64,000 bases of DNA from the IMG/VR virus record IMGVR_UViG_3300041405_000299, positions 1 through 64,000 of that record; one strand, written 5' to 3'. Positions within the stretch are counted from its first letter, which is position 1. Every line of letters starts with the position of its first letter. The notes below the pieces were generated by a model that worked only from the letters and a program-made list of their open reading frames with translations, did not search any database and was not told where the DNA came from. The position numbers and the translations under genes were made by a program. Of the stretch, positions 7,030 through 13,760 are shown piece after piece. This DNA is from a virus.

Positions 7030-7824
7030 ATGCAGAAAGAATCCAGTTTTTTATTCACGGCCCTCGGCGGCCACGTCCTGCAAAACATCGCCGGCGCCAA
7101 GCTCGTTAAATCCCGCGGTTTCCTGGAAGACACCGCTAAAGCTCTGATGTCAGGAGCCCTGGCCCGGAACGCCCGAAAGGGAACCCTGAAAGAAGCGGCT
7201 AAAACGGCAGTGACCAGTGTAGGTGTCCCTGAAGCTATTATGGCACAGCACCGTGCGTTTGAAGCCGGGAGAACGCTGTACGCTCGAGCTCGAGCCATGG
7301 GTATCGACCCGAACAAGCTCACGAAGAAAGAAGCGGCGAAGATGCGAATGGTGGCCGAAGGTCGTCTACCGGATAAGCACTCAACGCCGTTAACCGAACG
7401 GGCGAAGTCTCTTTTAGGTTCCAATACGTTGCCAAAGGGCACGATCAAAGCGGACGCCGTTAAGCAAGTGACCAGCCGGCCAATGGGTAGCCTCTCTCCA
7501 CACTCTCGTGGAGCGATCATTACCGGAAACGCCATTGCGTCCATTGCTGAACCGGGTATCGGTGCCTTAAACGCCGCGAAGTTTGGTACGGAACTGAAGA
7601 GCTTCCAGAATACTCGTCTAGGCAAGTACGTTGAGAAAAACATGGTGCAGAAGCCACTGACCGATGCCTTCCAGTCTGGGGCGGCCGGTAAAGCGATGAA
7701 CAACCTGAAGTCCTTTGGCTACAAGTACGGCGTGAACGGTGCCGTTGGTCAGGCGATCGAAGGGGCTCATAAGCTCGGCTCCAACTCAATGAAGAAGTTG
7801 CCAGGTGGTATAAGTAAGAAGTAA
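7030..7824 (+). CDS. Basic Lys/Ala/Gly-rich protein (264 aa)
   Basis: SD GAGGAG. Low-complexity K/A/G composition. First gene after the tRNA-like leader. Confidence 0.8.
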   Translation: MQKESSFLFTALGGHVLQNIAGAKLVKSRGFLEDTAKALMSGALARNARKGTLKEAAKTAVTSVGVPEAIMAQHRAFEAGRTLYARARAMGIDPNKLTKKEAAKMRMVAEGRLPDKHSTPLTERAKSLLGSNTLPKGTIKADAVKQVTSRPMGSLSPHSRGAIITGNAIASIAEPGIGALNAAKFGTELKSFQNTRLGKYVEKNMVQKPLTDAFQSGAAGKAMNNLKSFGYKYGVNGAVGQAIEGAHKLGSNSMKKLPGGISKK

Positions 7825-7826
7825 CG
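7807..7826 (+). promoter_or_regulatory. Conserved phage promoter-like motif (GGTATAAGTAAGAAGTAACG)
   Basis: Motif family member embedded in the last codons of the 7030..7824 gene. Confidence 0.5.
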
Positions 7827-7837
7827 GAGGATTTACA

Positions 7838-7903
7838 ATGACTGGTATCGCAATCATAGCAATATGCATCGCAATTACTTACTGGTTCTACCGGGGTCGT
7901 TAA
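7838..7903 (+). CDS. 21-aa single-helix mini-protein candidate
   Basis: SD GGAGG 7 nt upstream. Translation is [22 protein letters not shown] terminator follows. Confidence 0.4.
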   Translation: MTGIAIIAICIAITYWFYRGR

Positions 7904-7916
7904 GGCCCCGTTTTTT
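7892..7916 (+). terminator. Intrinsic terminator
   Basis: CGGGGTC-gttaa-GGCCCCG followed by T6. Confidence 0.65.
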
Positions 7917-7926
7917 AGGAGACGTT

Positions 7927-8079
7927 ATGTATAAGCACAACCGAGGAGAGATCAAAGAGAGTGCTGTTAAAGCCATTCTCCATGATCCTCTTTTTAGCCA
8001 GAAAGTGGAACGCCCCAAGAAAGGGAAGGGTTCCTACCGCCGTTCTAAGACTTGGTCAAGCGGGCGCGAGCCTGCTTAA
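7927..8079 (+). CDS. arfA: Alternative ribosome-rescue factor A (ArfA) homolog, 50 aa
   Basis: [46 protein letters not shown] aligns with E. coli ArfA [38 protein letters not shown] (recalled from memory). Confidence 0.8.
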   Translation: MYKHNRGEIKESAVKAILHDPLFSQKVERPKKGKGSYRRSKTWSSGREPA

Positions 8080-8179
8080 CTAACCCTCTCACGTTTCCTT
8101 CACGGATTGCCTTCACGCCGGGTCGCATTGAATTTGCGATGACGCTGTAGTTGTTGGTGAATCGAGCTGGATTGATCAT
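8045..8179 (-). CDS. Antisense 44-aa basic ORF overlapping the arfA 3' end
   Basis: Strong SD GGAGGT 4 nt before the ATG (8179). Translation is [44 protein letters not shown]. This is the C-terminal part of track ORF 8045..8512(-). Confidence 0.4.
   Translation of the reverse strand: MINPARFTNNYSVIANSMRPGVKAIREGNVRGLVKQARARLTKS
8058..8077 (+). promoter_or_regulatory. 3'-terminal hairpin in the arfA-like ORF
   Basis: AAGCGGGC-gcga-GCCTGCTT, 8 bp including one G:U. It ends on the first base of the TAA stop. The position is analogous to the RNase III hairpin of E. coli arfA. Confidence 0.55.
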
Positions 8180-8242
8180 AGTTACCTCCAAATTGATTTT
8201 ATCGTAATGCTCAGGTATAGTCGAGAAAACGGAGGACTCCCT

Positions 8243-8734
8243 ATGCTTGACTACTACATCACTGGCGCCTACTTCAAAGGGGCCGAAGCGATTAAACCTG
8301 CCTTTACCGACTTCACTGATTTCCCCGCATGCTTTTCCGTGATGCAAGATTCTCTTGGCGTGCGTCCCGGTGCCCACATGGCCATGACGTTCATGCTCCT
8401 TGACGAAGAACCTATCGAAGACCGAGACATCACGATCCGTTACGGATGGGGTGGCCACGACGGCCAGATCCTCGCGTCCGTTCTTGATGAAGATGGCGCG
8501 GTGCTTAACCAAGGTTTTGTCATCATTCTGGACGTCAAAACGGGTAAGCTCGAGAGCCGTCGACTAGATGGTCGAACCGACGACGATGCTTTAGATGACG
8601 CTATTAAAATCATCCTAGAATACGGCAACTACATGCTTGCCGGTATCAACTGGGGTGCGTTTCTCCTGCACGAGTATGCGGAGGGGCGGCTCGAACAGTA
8701 CTTTGAAGACGCAATCAACCAGGAGATCCACTGA
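8243..8734 (+). CDS. Acidic hypothetical protein (163 aa)
   Basis: ORF track 8207..8734. The ATG at 8243 follows the SD GGAGG. TGATG overlap with the next gene. Confidence 0.75.
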   Translation: MLDYYITGAYFKGAEAIKPAFTDFTDFPACFSVMQDSLGVRPGAHMAMTFMLLDEEPIEDRDITIRYGWGGHDGQILASVLDEDGAVLNQGFVIILDVKTGKLESRRLDGRTDDDALDDAIKIILEYGNYMLAGINWGAFLLHEYAEGRLEQYFEDAINQEIH

Positions 8735-10509
8735 TGAGTGAAGGTAAAAAGACGCTGCACCAAGCCGCGTCCACCCTTAAGAAAAACCCAAGCCGTATTG
8801 ACCGCTTGGTAAAAGAAGCAGCGATGCGTATCGTTCCCGCTGCCCGTTACGCTACTGGCAATGCCAAGAAGATGGCTGAGCAGGCAATCGCTAAGCTGAA
8901 AGAACCGAAAGGTTTCGGCGGGGCCGACCTGTCAACGAAGAGCTCGAAGTTCTTCAAAGAAGCTAGCGACAAATCAAGAGAAGTCATGGGATCCGGTGCC
9001 ATCGGTGCTGCAGTGACTGGCGGTGCGGCTGCATTGGCAGAGCGTGCTCGTACTAAACGCGTTGTAAGCGGTCACGTGGTTCACCAGCATTACCGTGCCC
9101 TGCGTGCGGATAAAGGCTCAATGGAAGGACGTATGGCTGACACTGCCAAACGTAATCGTCGTTTAGGTGGCCTGGCCGGCCGTAACGCTTCACGTGCAGG
9201 TAAGATCGGTGCGATTGTAGGTGGAGCACTGGGTGCTGCTGCAGCCCTGAAGAAAGAAGCCAGTGACAAGACCCGTGATGCAGCCTTGACAGTAGTCGGG
9301 GCTGGAGCAGGAGCGACCGCAGGCCACTTGGCAGCTCGTATTCGCGGAGAAAGTAAGGTCTTAGACCGCGTAAGCAATGCAACCATGCGTGACTTAAAGT
9401 CAGACCGCTCTATCAGTCATTCGTTGGATCGCCAGTCTACTTACGAACGTCGCGGTGGCAAACTCGTCAGCAAAGCGAAAGGTAAAGCCCGTCTGGTCGG
9501 TGCGGCCATTGGTGCAGCATCTGCTTTAGCTGCGGGTAAGCTCGAAAAGAAAGCTGCTGCTAAGCCGGTGATCCACAAGGGTCAACACTTACTGCCAAAA
9601 GGCGCCCCGATCCCTGCCGGTGCTAAAGACGTGTCACCTAAAGCGGTACTGAAAGGTCGCGTGAACAAAGCCGGTAAGGTTGCGGTAGGTTTGGCGGCAG
9701 GTGCGGCTCTGGCCGGTGCCGTTAAGAACCACCTGGAGAAGAAAGCGGCAAAGAATGACGGCAAGGGTCACCTTTCTGTAAGTGGTGCAACCCTTGCCGG
9801 TGCAGGTTACGCGGCGTCTAAGCGTTTAGGTAAAGACAGTCAGAAAGCCCAGGAAGGTCTGAAGGCCCAGATCAAGCACATCCAGTCTAAAGGTGGACGT
9901 ATCGCCCCGATCGATGTGCGTATGGCGGTTGACTCGTTGAAGAAACCTCTCGCCCGTCGTGCCGGTAAAGCTGCCCTGAAGGGAGGTGCTCTGGGTGCTG
10001 CCGCTGCCGCCGGCCTGAACAAGCTGATGGATAACCACAAGGCCACGGCTCGTAAGAATGCCCGTCTGCAGAAACAAGCCGGCGAAACAGTAGGTTCCCA
10101 AGCCGATCGTGAAATCAACAAAGTCGTTGCCTCTAAGGGTAAAAAGGGGAATACCTCTTTGCAACCCGGAAAGGACAAAGGTCCGTTAAAGAAGCAAGCA
10201 GCAGAAATGATCGAGCGTAACGGCGTGAAGCACCGTAAGGGGACGCCGGGTTCTGCCGCGGCAACCATGGCGGGAATCGCGACGGGTTTGACTGCAGGGA
10301 ATAACGTTGCAGCCTACCGTGCAGCCAAGAAACACGCATTGGGTGAAGTGATTTCCCGCCGTTCCATCCTTAAAGGTGTGCCACAGCAGGCAGTACTCAA
10401 TGCTGCGTACGGGTATGCTTACGGAAGAATCCGTAGCCATTTTCGCAAGAAGCGTGGGGAAGTTGACACGTCACCAGCAGCATTTGCGAAGTTGAAGGCA
10501 GGTAAATAA
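8734..10509 (+). CDS. 591-aa basic protein with at least 8 Gly/Ala-zipper segments separated by Lys/Arg-rich linkers
   Basis: Segments such as GSGAIGAAVTGGAAALA, GKIGAIVGGALGAAAAL and VAVGLAAGAALAGAV. Recurring KKEASDK(S/T)R and LEKKAA linkers. Confidence 0.85.
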   Translation: MSEGKKTLHQAASTLKKNPSRIDRLVKEAAMRIVPAARYATGNAKKMAEQAIAKLKEPKGFGGADLSTKSSKFFKEASDKSREVMGSGAIGAAVTGGAAALAERARTKRVVSGHVVHQHYRALRADKGSMEGRMADTAKRNRRLGGLAGRNASRAGKIGAIVGGALGAAAALKKEASDKTRDAALTVVGAGAGATAGHLAARIRGESKVLDRVSNATMRDLKSDRSISHSLDRQSTYERRGGKLVSKAKGKARLVGAAIGAASALAAGKLEKKAAAKPVIHKGQHLLPKGAPIPAGAKDVSPKAVLKGRVNKAGKVAVGLAAGAALAGAVKNHLEKKAAKNDGKGHLSVSGATLAGAGYAASKRLGKDSQKAQEGLKAQIKHIQSKGGRIAPIDVRMAVDSLKKPLARRAGKAALKGGALGAAAAAGLNKLMDNHKATARKNARLQKQAGETVGSQADREINKVVASKGKKGNTSLQPGKDKGPLKKQAAEMIERNGVKHRKGTPGSAAATMAGIATGLTAGNNVAAYRAAKKHALGEVISRRSILKGVPQQAVLNAAYGYAYGRIRSHFRKKRGEVDTSPAAFAKLKAGK

Positions 10510-11186
10510 TGACCGAGCGCAAAGTCAAGGATAAAGACAAGGCGACTCTGGCAGGGGCGGCTTCGGCCGTCCTCGCTAGCCGGGCACCGAAGAATCTTCT
10601 TGGATATGAGAAGGTCCATCACGGCACGAGTACATCTGCTGCTGAAAGCATTAAGAAAACTGGTCTGAAGAAGTCTTACTCGGGCAAGGGTGTGGCGGCA
10701 AACGATGTGGCAATGGGCCGTGCAACACACGATCAGGTAAAAGGTAAAGTCTATACCTCAACGATGGGTGCTGTAGCCGATGCTCACCGCCCGGGGATCG
10801 GAGAGATGAAAATGGGCCAACGTTTGACGGCTCGCGTTCCGTACCGCAGCAAGAAGCGTTTAGGTGAAGACCATGTGTTTAAGAATATGGTGGATGGCAA
10901 AGATTCCCATACGAATTACGGTAAGGTCCAACGCACCCTGGCGAAGCCTCAGTTGAAGTCGCTTCGGATCTACAAGCACTCGATTCCTTCTCGCTTCATC
11001 GAAGGTAGTCATGACTATGCCGGCCGCAAACAGTTTGCCTCAAAGGGAAACCTTCGTCGCTACCTGTCACAAGCCGGTGGTAAAGCCCGTTTTGCCAAAG
11101 GTGTAGCTGAAGCTGCCGGGGCCGGCGCCGCTGGACTTTACGCTGCAGCCAAAGCTATCAAAGCCCATAAGGATGCCAAGAAATGA
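10509..11186 (+). CDS. Paralog A of an HGTS-motif protein (tentative ADP-ribosyltransferase/Tpt1-like fold)
   Basis: TAATG coupling. LLGYEKVHHGTSTSAAESIKKTGL and GKVYTST resemble the ART/KptA pattern LYHGT...I...GL...VHLS. Gly/Ala-rich C-terminus. Confidence 0.45.
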   Translation: MTERKVKDKDKATLAGAASAVLASRAPKNLLGYEKVHHGTSTSAAESIKKTGLKKSYSGKGVAANDVAMGRATHDQVKGKVYTSTMGAVADAHRPGIGEMKMGQRLTARVPYRSKKRLGEDHVFKNMVDGKDSHTNYGKVQRTLAKPQLKSLRIYKHSIPSRFIEGSHDYAGRKQFASKGNLRRYLSQAGGKARFAKGVAEAAGAGAAGLYAAAKAIKAHKDAKK

Positions 11187-11575
11187 GTCTGTACAAAATT
11201 GCCAAGAGTTTGAACCAGATCAAAGAAGAACGTTCTCACCGTAATCGCCGTCTGGAAGCCGCTCCGTACATTGCTACGGGTGCAGCTGCCGTTGGATCGG
11301 TCGCTCATGATCTTTCCAAGAAGACGGGGAACCCTCGGATGACCATGAAGGGCGGCAAGATGGTCCGTGGAGAACAGCGTAGTTACCATCAGTTCCGGGA
11401 GAAGAGTCCGACCGGGAAGATGAACTACCTGAAAGCTTCCGGTGCTAAAGCCATTCCGCGTGCCCTGGCCGTCGGTGCCGGTACGGCGATCGCCACGAAA
11501 GCCTACAAGTACCTGGCCGAAGAGAAGGCCCGCCGTGAGGAAAAAGCCCGTCGCCGTGAGCTTAAAGGCCATTGA
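11183..11575 (+). CDS. Basic Lys/Ala/Gly-rich protein (130 aa)
   Basis: ATGA coupling. Same compositional family as 7030 and 8734. Confidence 0.8.
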   Translation: MSLYKIAKSLNQIKEERSHRNRRLEAAPYIATGAAAVGSVAHDLSKKTGNPRMTMKGGKMVRGEQRSYHQFREKSPTGKMNYLKASGAKAIPRALAVGAGTAIATKAYKYLAEEKARREEKARRRELKGH

Positions 11576-11626
11576 CGGAGCAGGGCCGCCGGTGTAAGCT
11601 GGCAGCTCTACTCACAGGAGAACACC

Positions 11627-11854
11627 ATGAAAGACCAACACGAAAAGATCAAGGGCTACCGCGATCTGTCCCAAAAAGAAATCGACAAAATGAACGCGAT
11701 CAAAGACGCCGGTAACGCACTGGGTGCTCTGATTGAAGACCTGCAGGGCCTCGAAGGTCTGGACCAACGCTTCATCTCCATCGGTAAAACCGACGTGCAG
11801 AAAGGCCTGGCCATGATCATCCGTGGTATCGCACAGCCTACAACGTTCTGCTAA
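11627..11854 (+). CDS. Hypothetical small protein (75 aa)
   Basis: SD AGGAGA. Translation contains KGYRDLSQKEIDKMNAIKDAGN...GKTDVQKGLAMIIRGIAQPTTF. Confidence 0.75.
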   Translation: MKDQHEKIKGYRDLSQKEIDKMNAIKDAGNALGALIEDLQGLEGLDQRFISIGKTDVQKGLAMIIRGIAQPTTFC

Positions 11855-12015
11855 TGAACGCGTGGGGTTGGGCAACGGTCGTCGTCGCGTTTGCCGTTAT
11901 TGTGTTGATGATTTACGATGACCTTCGGGAAGCCAAGCAGGAGTGTGAAGAGGTGAAATCCTCATACCCATACTGGCTTTCTGCCGCGTTCTGGATCACT
12001 CTGTTTTCTCTCTAA
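11854..12015 (+). CDS. Small membrane protein (53 aa; below the ORF-track cutoff)
   Basis: TAATG coupling. Translation is MNAWGWATVVVAFAVIVLMIY... A terminator follows. Confidence 0.6.
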   Translation: MNAWGWATVVVAFAVIVLMIYDDLREAKQECEEVKSSYPYWLSAAFWITLFSL

Positions 12016-12035
12016 GCTCCTTCGGGAGCTTTTTT
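12015..12035 (+). terminator. Intrinsic terminator (UUCG tetraloop)
   Basis: AGCTCC-ttcg-GGAGCT followed by T5. Confidence 0.75.
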
Positions 12036-12046
12036 CATTTCAGGGG

Positions 12047-12075
12047 TTGACAGCCCGATTGGCCTCGGTTAGGAT
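12047..12075 (+). promoter_or_regulatory. sigma70-like promoter for tRNA island C
   Basis: TTGACA-N17-TAGGAT. Confidence 0.55.
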
Positions 12076-12084
12076 TATCCCATC

Positions 12085-12261
12085 GCTCCCTGGTACGTGG
12101 GAGCCTAAAGTGCCAGCGGATCCCTAACGAGTGCTGCAAACACTCCGAAGAAGATCACTGATAACGTGCAAGGCAACTGCGGAAGGTTTTTCTCTTTCCT
12201 TCCTTCCCGCCTCCTTTGCTGGTAGTCACGCCAGTGCCGAAAGAGTGATAGATGTACCGGA
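12085..12261 (+). ncRNA. ORF-free structured leader upstream of tRNA-Asn
   Basis: Hairpin GCTCCC..GGGAGC. GCGGAAGG pairs with a downstream polypyrimidine tract TCCTTCCTTCCCGC. No SD-led ORF. Confidence 0.35.
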
Positions 12262-12336
12262 TGGCCTATCGTATAGCGGTTATTACGGCGGACTGTTAAT
12301 CCGTTTACCCTGGTTCGATTCCAGGTGGGCCAGCCA
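12262..12336 (+). tRNA. tRNA-Asn (GUU)
   Basis: Anticodon arm GCGGA-CTGTTAA-TCCGT, T arm CCTGG-TTCGATT-CCAGG, encoded CCA. Confidence 0.8.
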
Positions 12337-12367
12337 AGCAGTATCTCGTATCCCATATAGTTACTTT

Positions 12368-12408
12368 GGGTGGGTTCCGAATCCTGAATGAGAACCCACC
12401 TCTTTTTT
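12368..12408 (+). terminator. Intrinsic terminator
   Basis: 10-bp stem GGGTGGGTTC/GAACCCACCT followed by T6. Confidence 0.7.
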
Positions 12409-12419
12409 CGGAGAGTAAA

Positions 12420-12605
12420 ATGCTGAGTCCAGAACAAGCAAGGCAGTACGAGAAGTTGTGTGTTGAGAGCGTATCTGCTCGCGTACCTTTAGCGTCCGAA
12501 GCCCCAGTGGGGAGCGAGTCGACTTTGGGGTGCGGGACCAAATGCGTTTTTGAACCCATTGAGGCGCTGGCTTTTGCGTCCGAAGGCTCCCGAGCAGCGA
12601 GTTGA
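12420..12605 (+). CDS. Candidate 61-aa ORF with an internal repeat (could instead be a structured RNA)
   Basis: SD GGAGAG 4 nt upstream. The nucleotide repeat GCGTCCGAAG..AGCGAG occurs twice. Overlaps a 13-bp inverted repeat. Confidence 0.3.
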   Translation: MLSPEQARQYEKLCVESVSARVPLASEAPVGSESTLGCGTKCVFEPIEALAFASEGSRAAS

Positions 12606-12634
12606 CAACTGAGGCGCCGCCTCAATGGGTTTAT

Positions 12635-12721
12635 CCGAGAGTGGTGAAACTGGTATATACATGAGACTTAAAATCTTCCGCTCGTAAGGGCATGTGGGTT
12701 CGACTCCCACCTCTCGGACCA
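12635..12721 (+). tRNA. tRNA-Leu (UAA), type II
   Basis: Anticodon loop CTTAAAA, long variable arm, T arm GTGGG-TTCGACT-CCCAC, encoded CCA. Confidence 0.8.
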
Positions 12722-12729
12722 GTATTTAC

Positions 12730-12805
12730 GCCGTTATAGCTCAGCAGGCAGAGCGCCACACTTGTAATGTGGATGTCCCGGGTTCGATTCCTGGTGGCGG
12801 CACCA
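12730..12805 (+). tRNA. tRNA-Thr (UGU)
   Basis: Anticodon arm CCACA-CTTGTAA-TGTGG, encoded CCA. Confidence 0.85.
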
Positions 12806-12807
12806 AC

Positions 12808-12883
12808 GGATAGACAGGCTTGTAACGGCACGGCGAGGGTACCCTAAGCGTGTCAGCGTGAGGTTCAATTCCTCACCTATCCA
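12808..12883 (+). ncRNA. tRNA-sized element with acceptor and T arm but no anticodon stem-loop
   Basis: Acceptor GGATAG(A)/(C)CTATCC and T arm TGAGG-TTCAATT-CCTCA. The central 44 nt give no 5-bp/7-nt anticodon arm. No CCA. Confidence 0.45.
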
Positions 12884-12890
12884 CTAATTT

Positions 12891-12969
12891 GGAAACTGTA
12901 CGGTACAGCTATCAGCTCACCGTTGAAAGAATACGGACAAGTCGGCTCGACTCAAGACGTACGGTTTCC
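12891..12969 (+). ncRNA. Structured RNA closed by an 11-bp terminal helix
   Basis: GGAAACTGTAC (12891-12901) pairs with GTACGGTTTCC (12959-12969). Internal hairpins AGCT-atc-AGCT and AGTCG-gct-CGACT. Confidence 0.4.
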
Positions 12970-12974
12970 TCCTT

Positions 12975-13049
12975 GCATCCTAAGTGTTGTCGGTGGCACA
13001 GCGTCCTTCCAAGTCGCGAGGACCGGTTCGAGCCCGGTAGGATGCTCCA
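12975..13049 (+). tRNA. tRNA-Gly (UCC)
   Basis: Anticodon loop CTTCCAA (one U:U in the stem), T arm ACCGG-TTCGAGC-CCGGT, encoded CCA. Confidence 0.7.
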
Positions 13050-13063
13050 ATTTGAGAGGCTGT

Positions 13064-13234
13064 ATGAATTACGTTAAGTTGATCGCGATGTTAATTGGCA
13101 TCGCCGCCCTGGTAGCAGGCTTTTACTTCTTCCTCGGTGTGGTACTGGCAGTTGCAGTCTTTGCGTTAGTCATTTGGTACCTCTCTGCAGCAGCAGAATC
13201 CCTTTGGATTAAGCTCTGCAGTAAGTTTCGGTAA
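13064..13234 (+). CDS. Small membrane protein (56 aa)
   Basis: Internal ATG of track ORF 12923..13234 after the SD GAGAGG. Its last 5 nt overlap the next tRNA. Confidence 0.55.
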   Translation: MNYVKLIAMLIGIAALVAGFYFFLGVVLAVAVFALVIWYLSAAAESLWIKLCSKFR

Positions 13235-13304
13235 AGTAGCTCAGCGGCAGAGCAGCTCCTTCATACGGAGACGGTCGGTGGTTCAATCCCACCCTTTACC
13301 ACCA
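13230..13304 (+). tRNA. tRNA-Met-type (CAU)
   Basis: Anticodon loop TTCATAC, T arm GGTGG-TTCAATC-CCACC, encoded CCA. Met versus Ile2 is not resolvable by eye. Confidence 0.75.
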
Positions 13305-13404
13305 GATAGTGCAGTGCCCGTAACGGAGGTGATCGCTATCTTGATGGTCCTAATGGACAAGTCCGAAGGTGCCGCCGCGAGGCAAGATCTGAGGGCGAAC
13401 CCGT

Positions 13405-13479
13405 AGCAGGGTGGAGAAGTGGCATCTTGCCAGGCTCATAACCTGGAGATCGAGGGTTCGAGTCCCTCTCCCGCTTCCA
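13405..13479 (+). tRNA. tRNA-Met/Ile2-type (CAU)
   Basis: Anticodon arm CCAGG-CTCATAA-CCTGG, T arm GAGGG-TTCGAGT-CCCTC, one acceptor mismatch, encoded CCA. Confidence 0.7.
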
Positions 13480-13510
13480 CATGAAAGCATATTCCAGAGT
13501 GTTCTTTCAT

Positions 13511-13587
13511 GTGGCCATATCATAATTGGTTAATGATCCTGGTTGTGAACCAGGCCTATGTCGGTTCAACCCCGACTGGTCACCCCA
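13511..13587 (+). tRNA. tRNA-His (GUG)
   Basis: Anticodon arm CCTGG-TTGTGAA-CCAGG, C73. The base at -1 is T, not G. Confidence 0.8.
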
Positions 13588-13601
13588 AACAGGAGAGTGT
13601 T

Positions 13602-13760
13602 ATGAAGCCTTACGGTTTGAAGCTCGGCGGAAACCCAGGATGTAACTGCGGTCGATGTAAACGTCGGGGTTGGCGTGAAGGCGCCACTCAGAACACCATC
13701 TGTAAAGCTTCTGCACGTCAGGAAGCAAAACGTATCATCAACGGCGGGTTGGCAGAGTGA
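13602..13760 (+). CDS. Small basic Cys-rich protein (52 aa)
   Basis: SD AGGAGA. Translation contains CNCGRCKRRGW. The last 18 nt overlap tRNA-Cys. Confidence 0.5.
   Translation: MKPYGLKLGGNPGCNCGRCKRRGWREGATQNTICKASARQEAKRIINGGLAE

Noticed and set aside
7014-7703. 229-aa minus-strand ORF
   Set aside because: It is the mirror frame of the SD-led plus-strand Lys/Ala-rich gene (7030-7824), has no SD, and sits in a plus-strand operon. The same reasoning applies to the minus ORFs 9053-10730 within the 591-aa gene.
12366-13077. Track ORFs across tRNA island C (12105-12437(-), 12305-12625(-), 12489-12831(-), 12889-13077(+))
   Set aside because: They traverse tRNA genes, a terminator or tRNA-like RNAs, and lack SD sequences.
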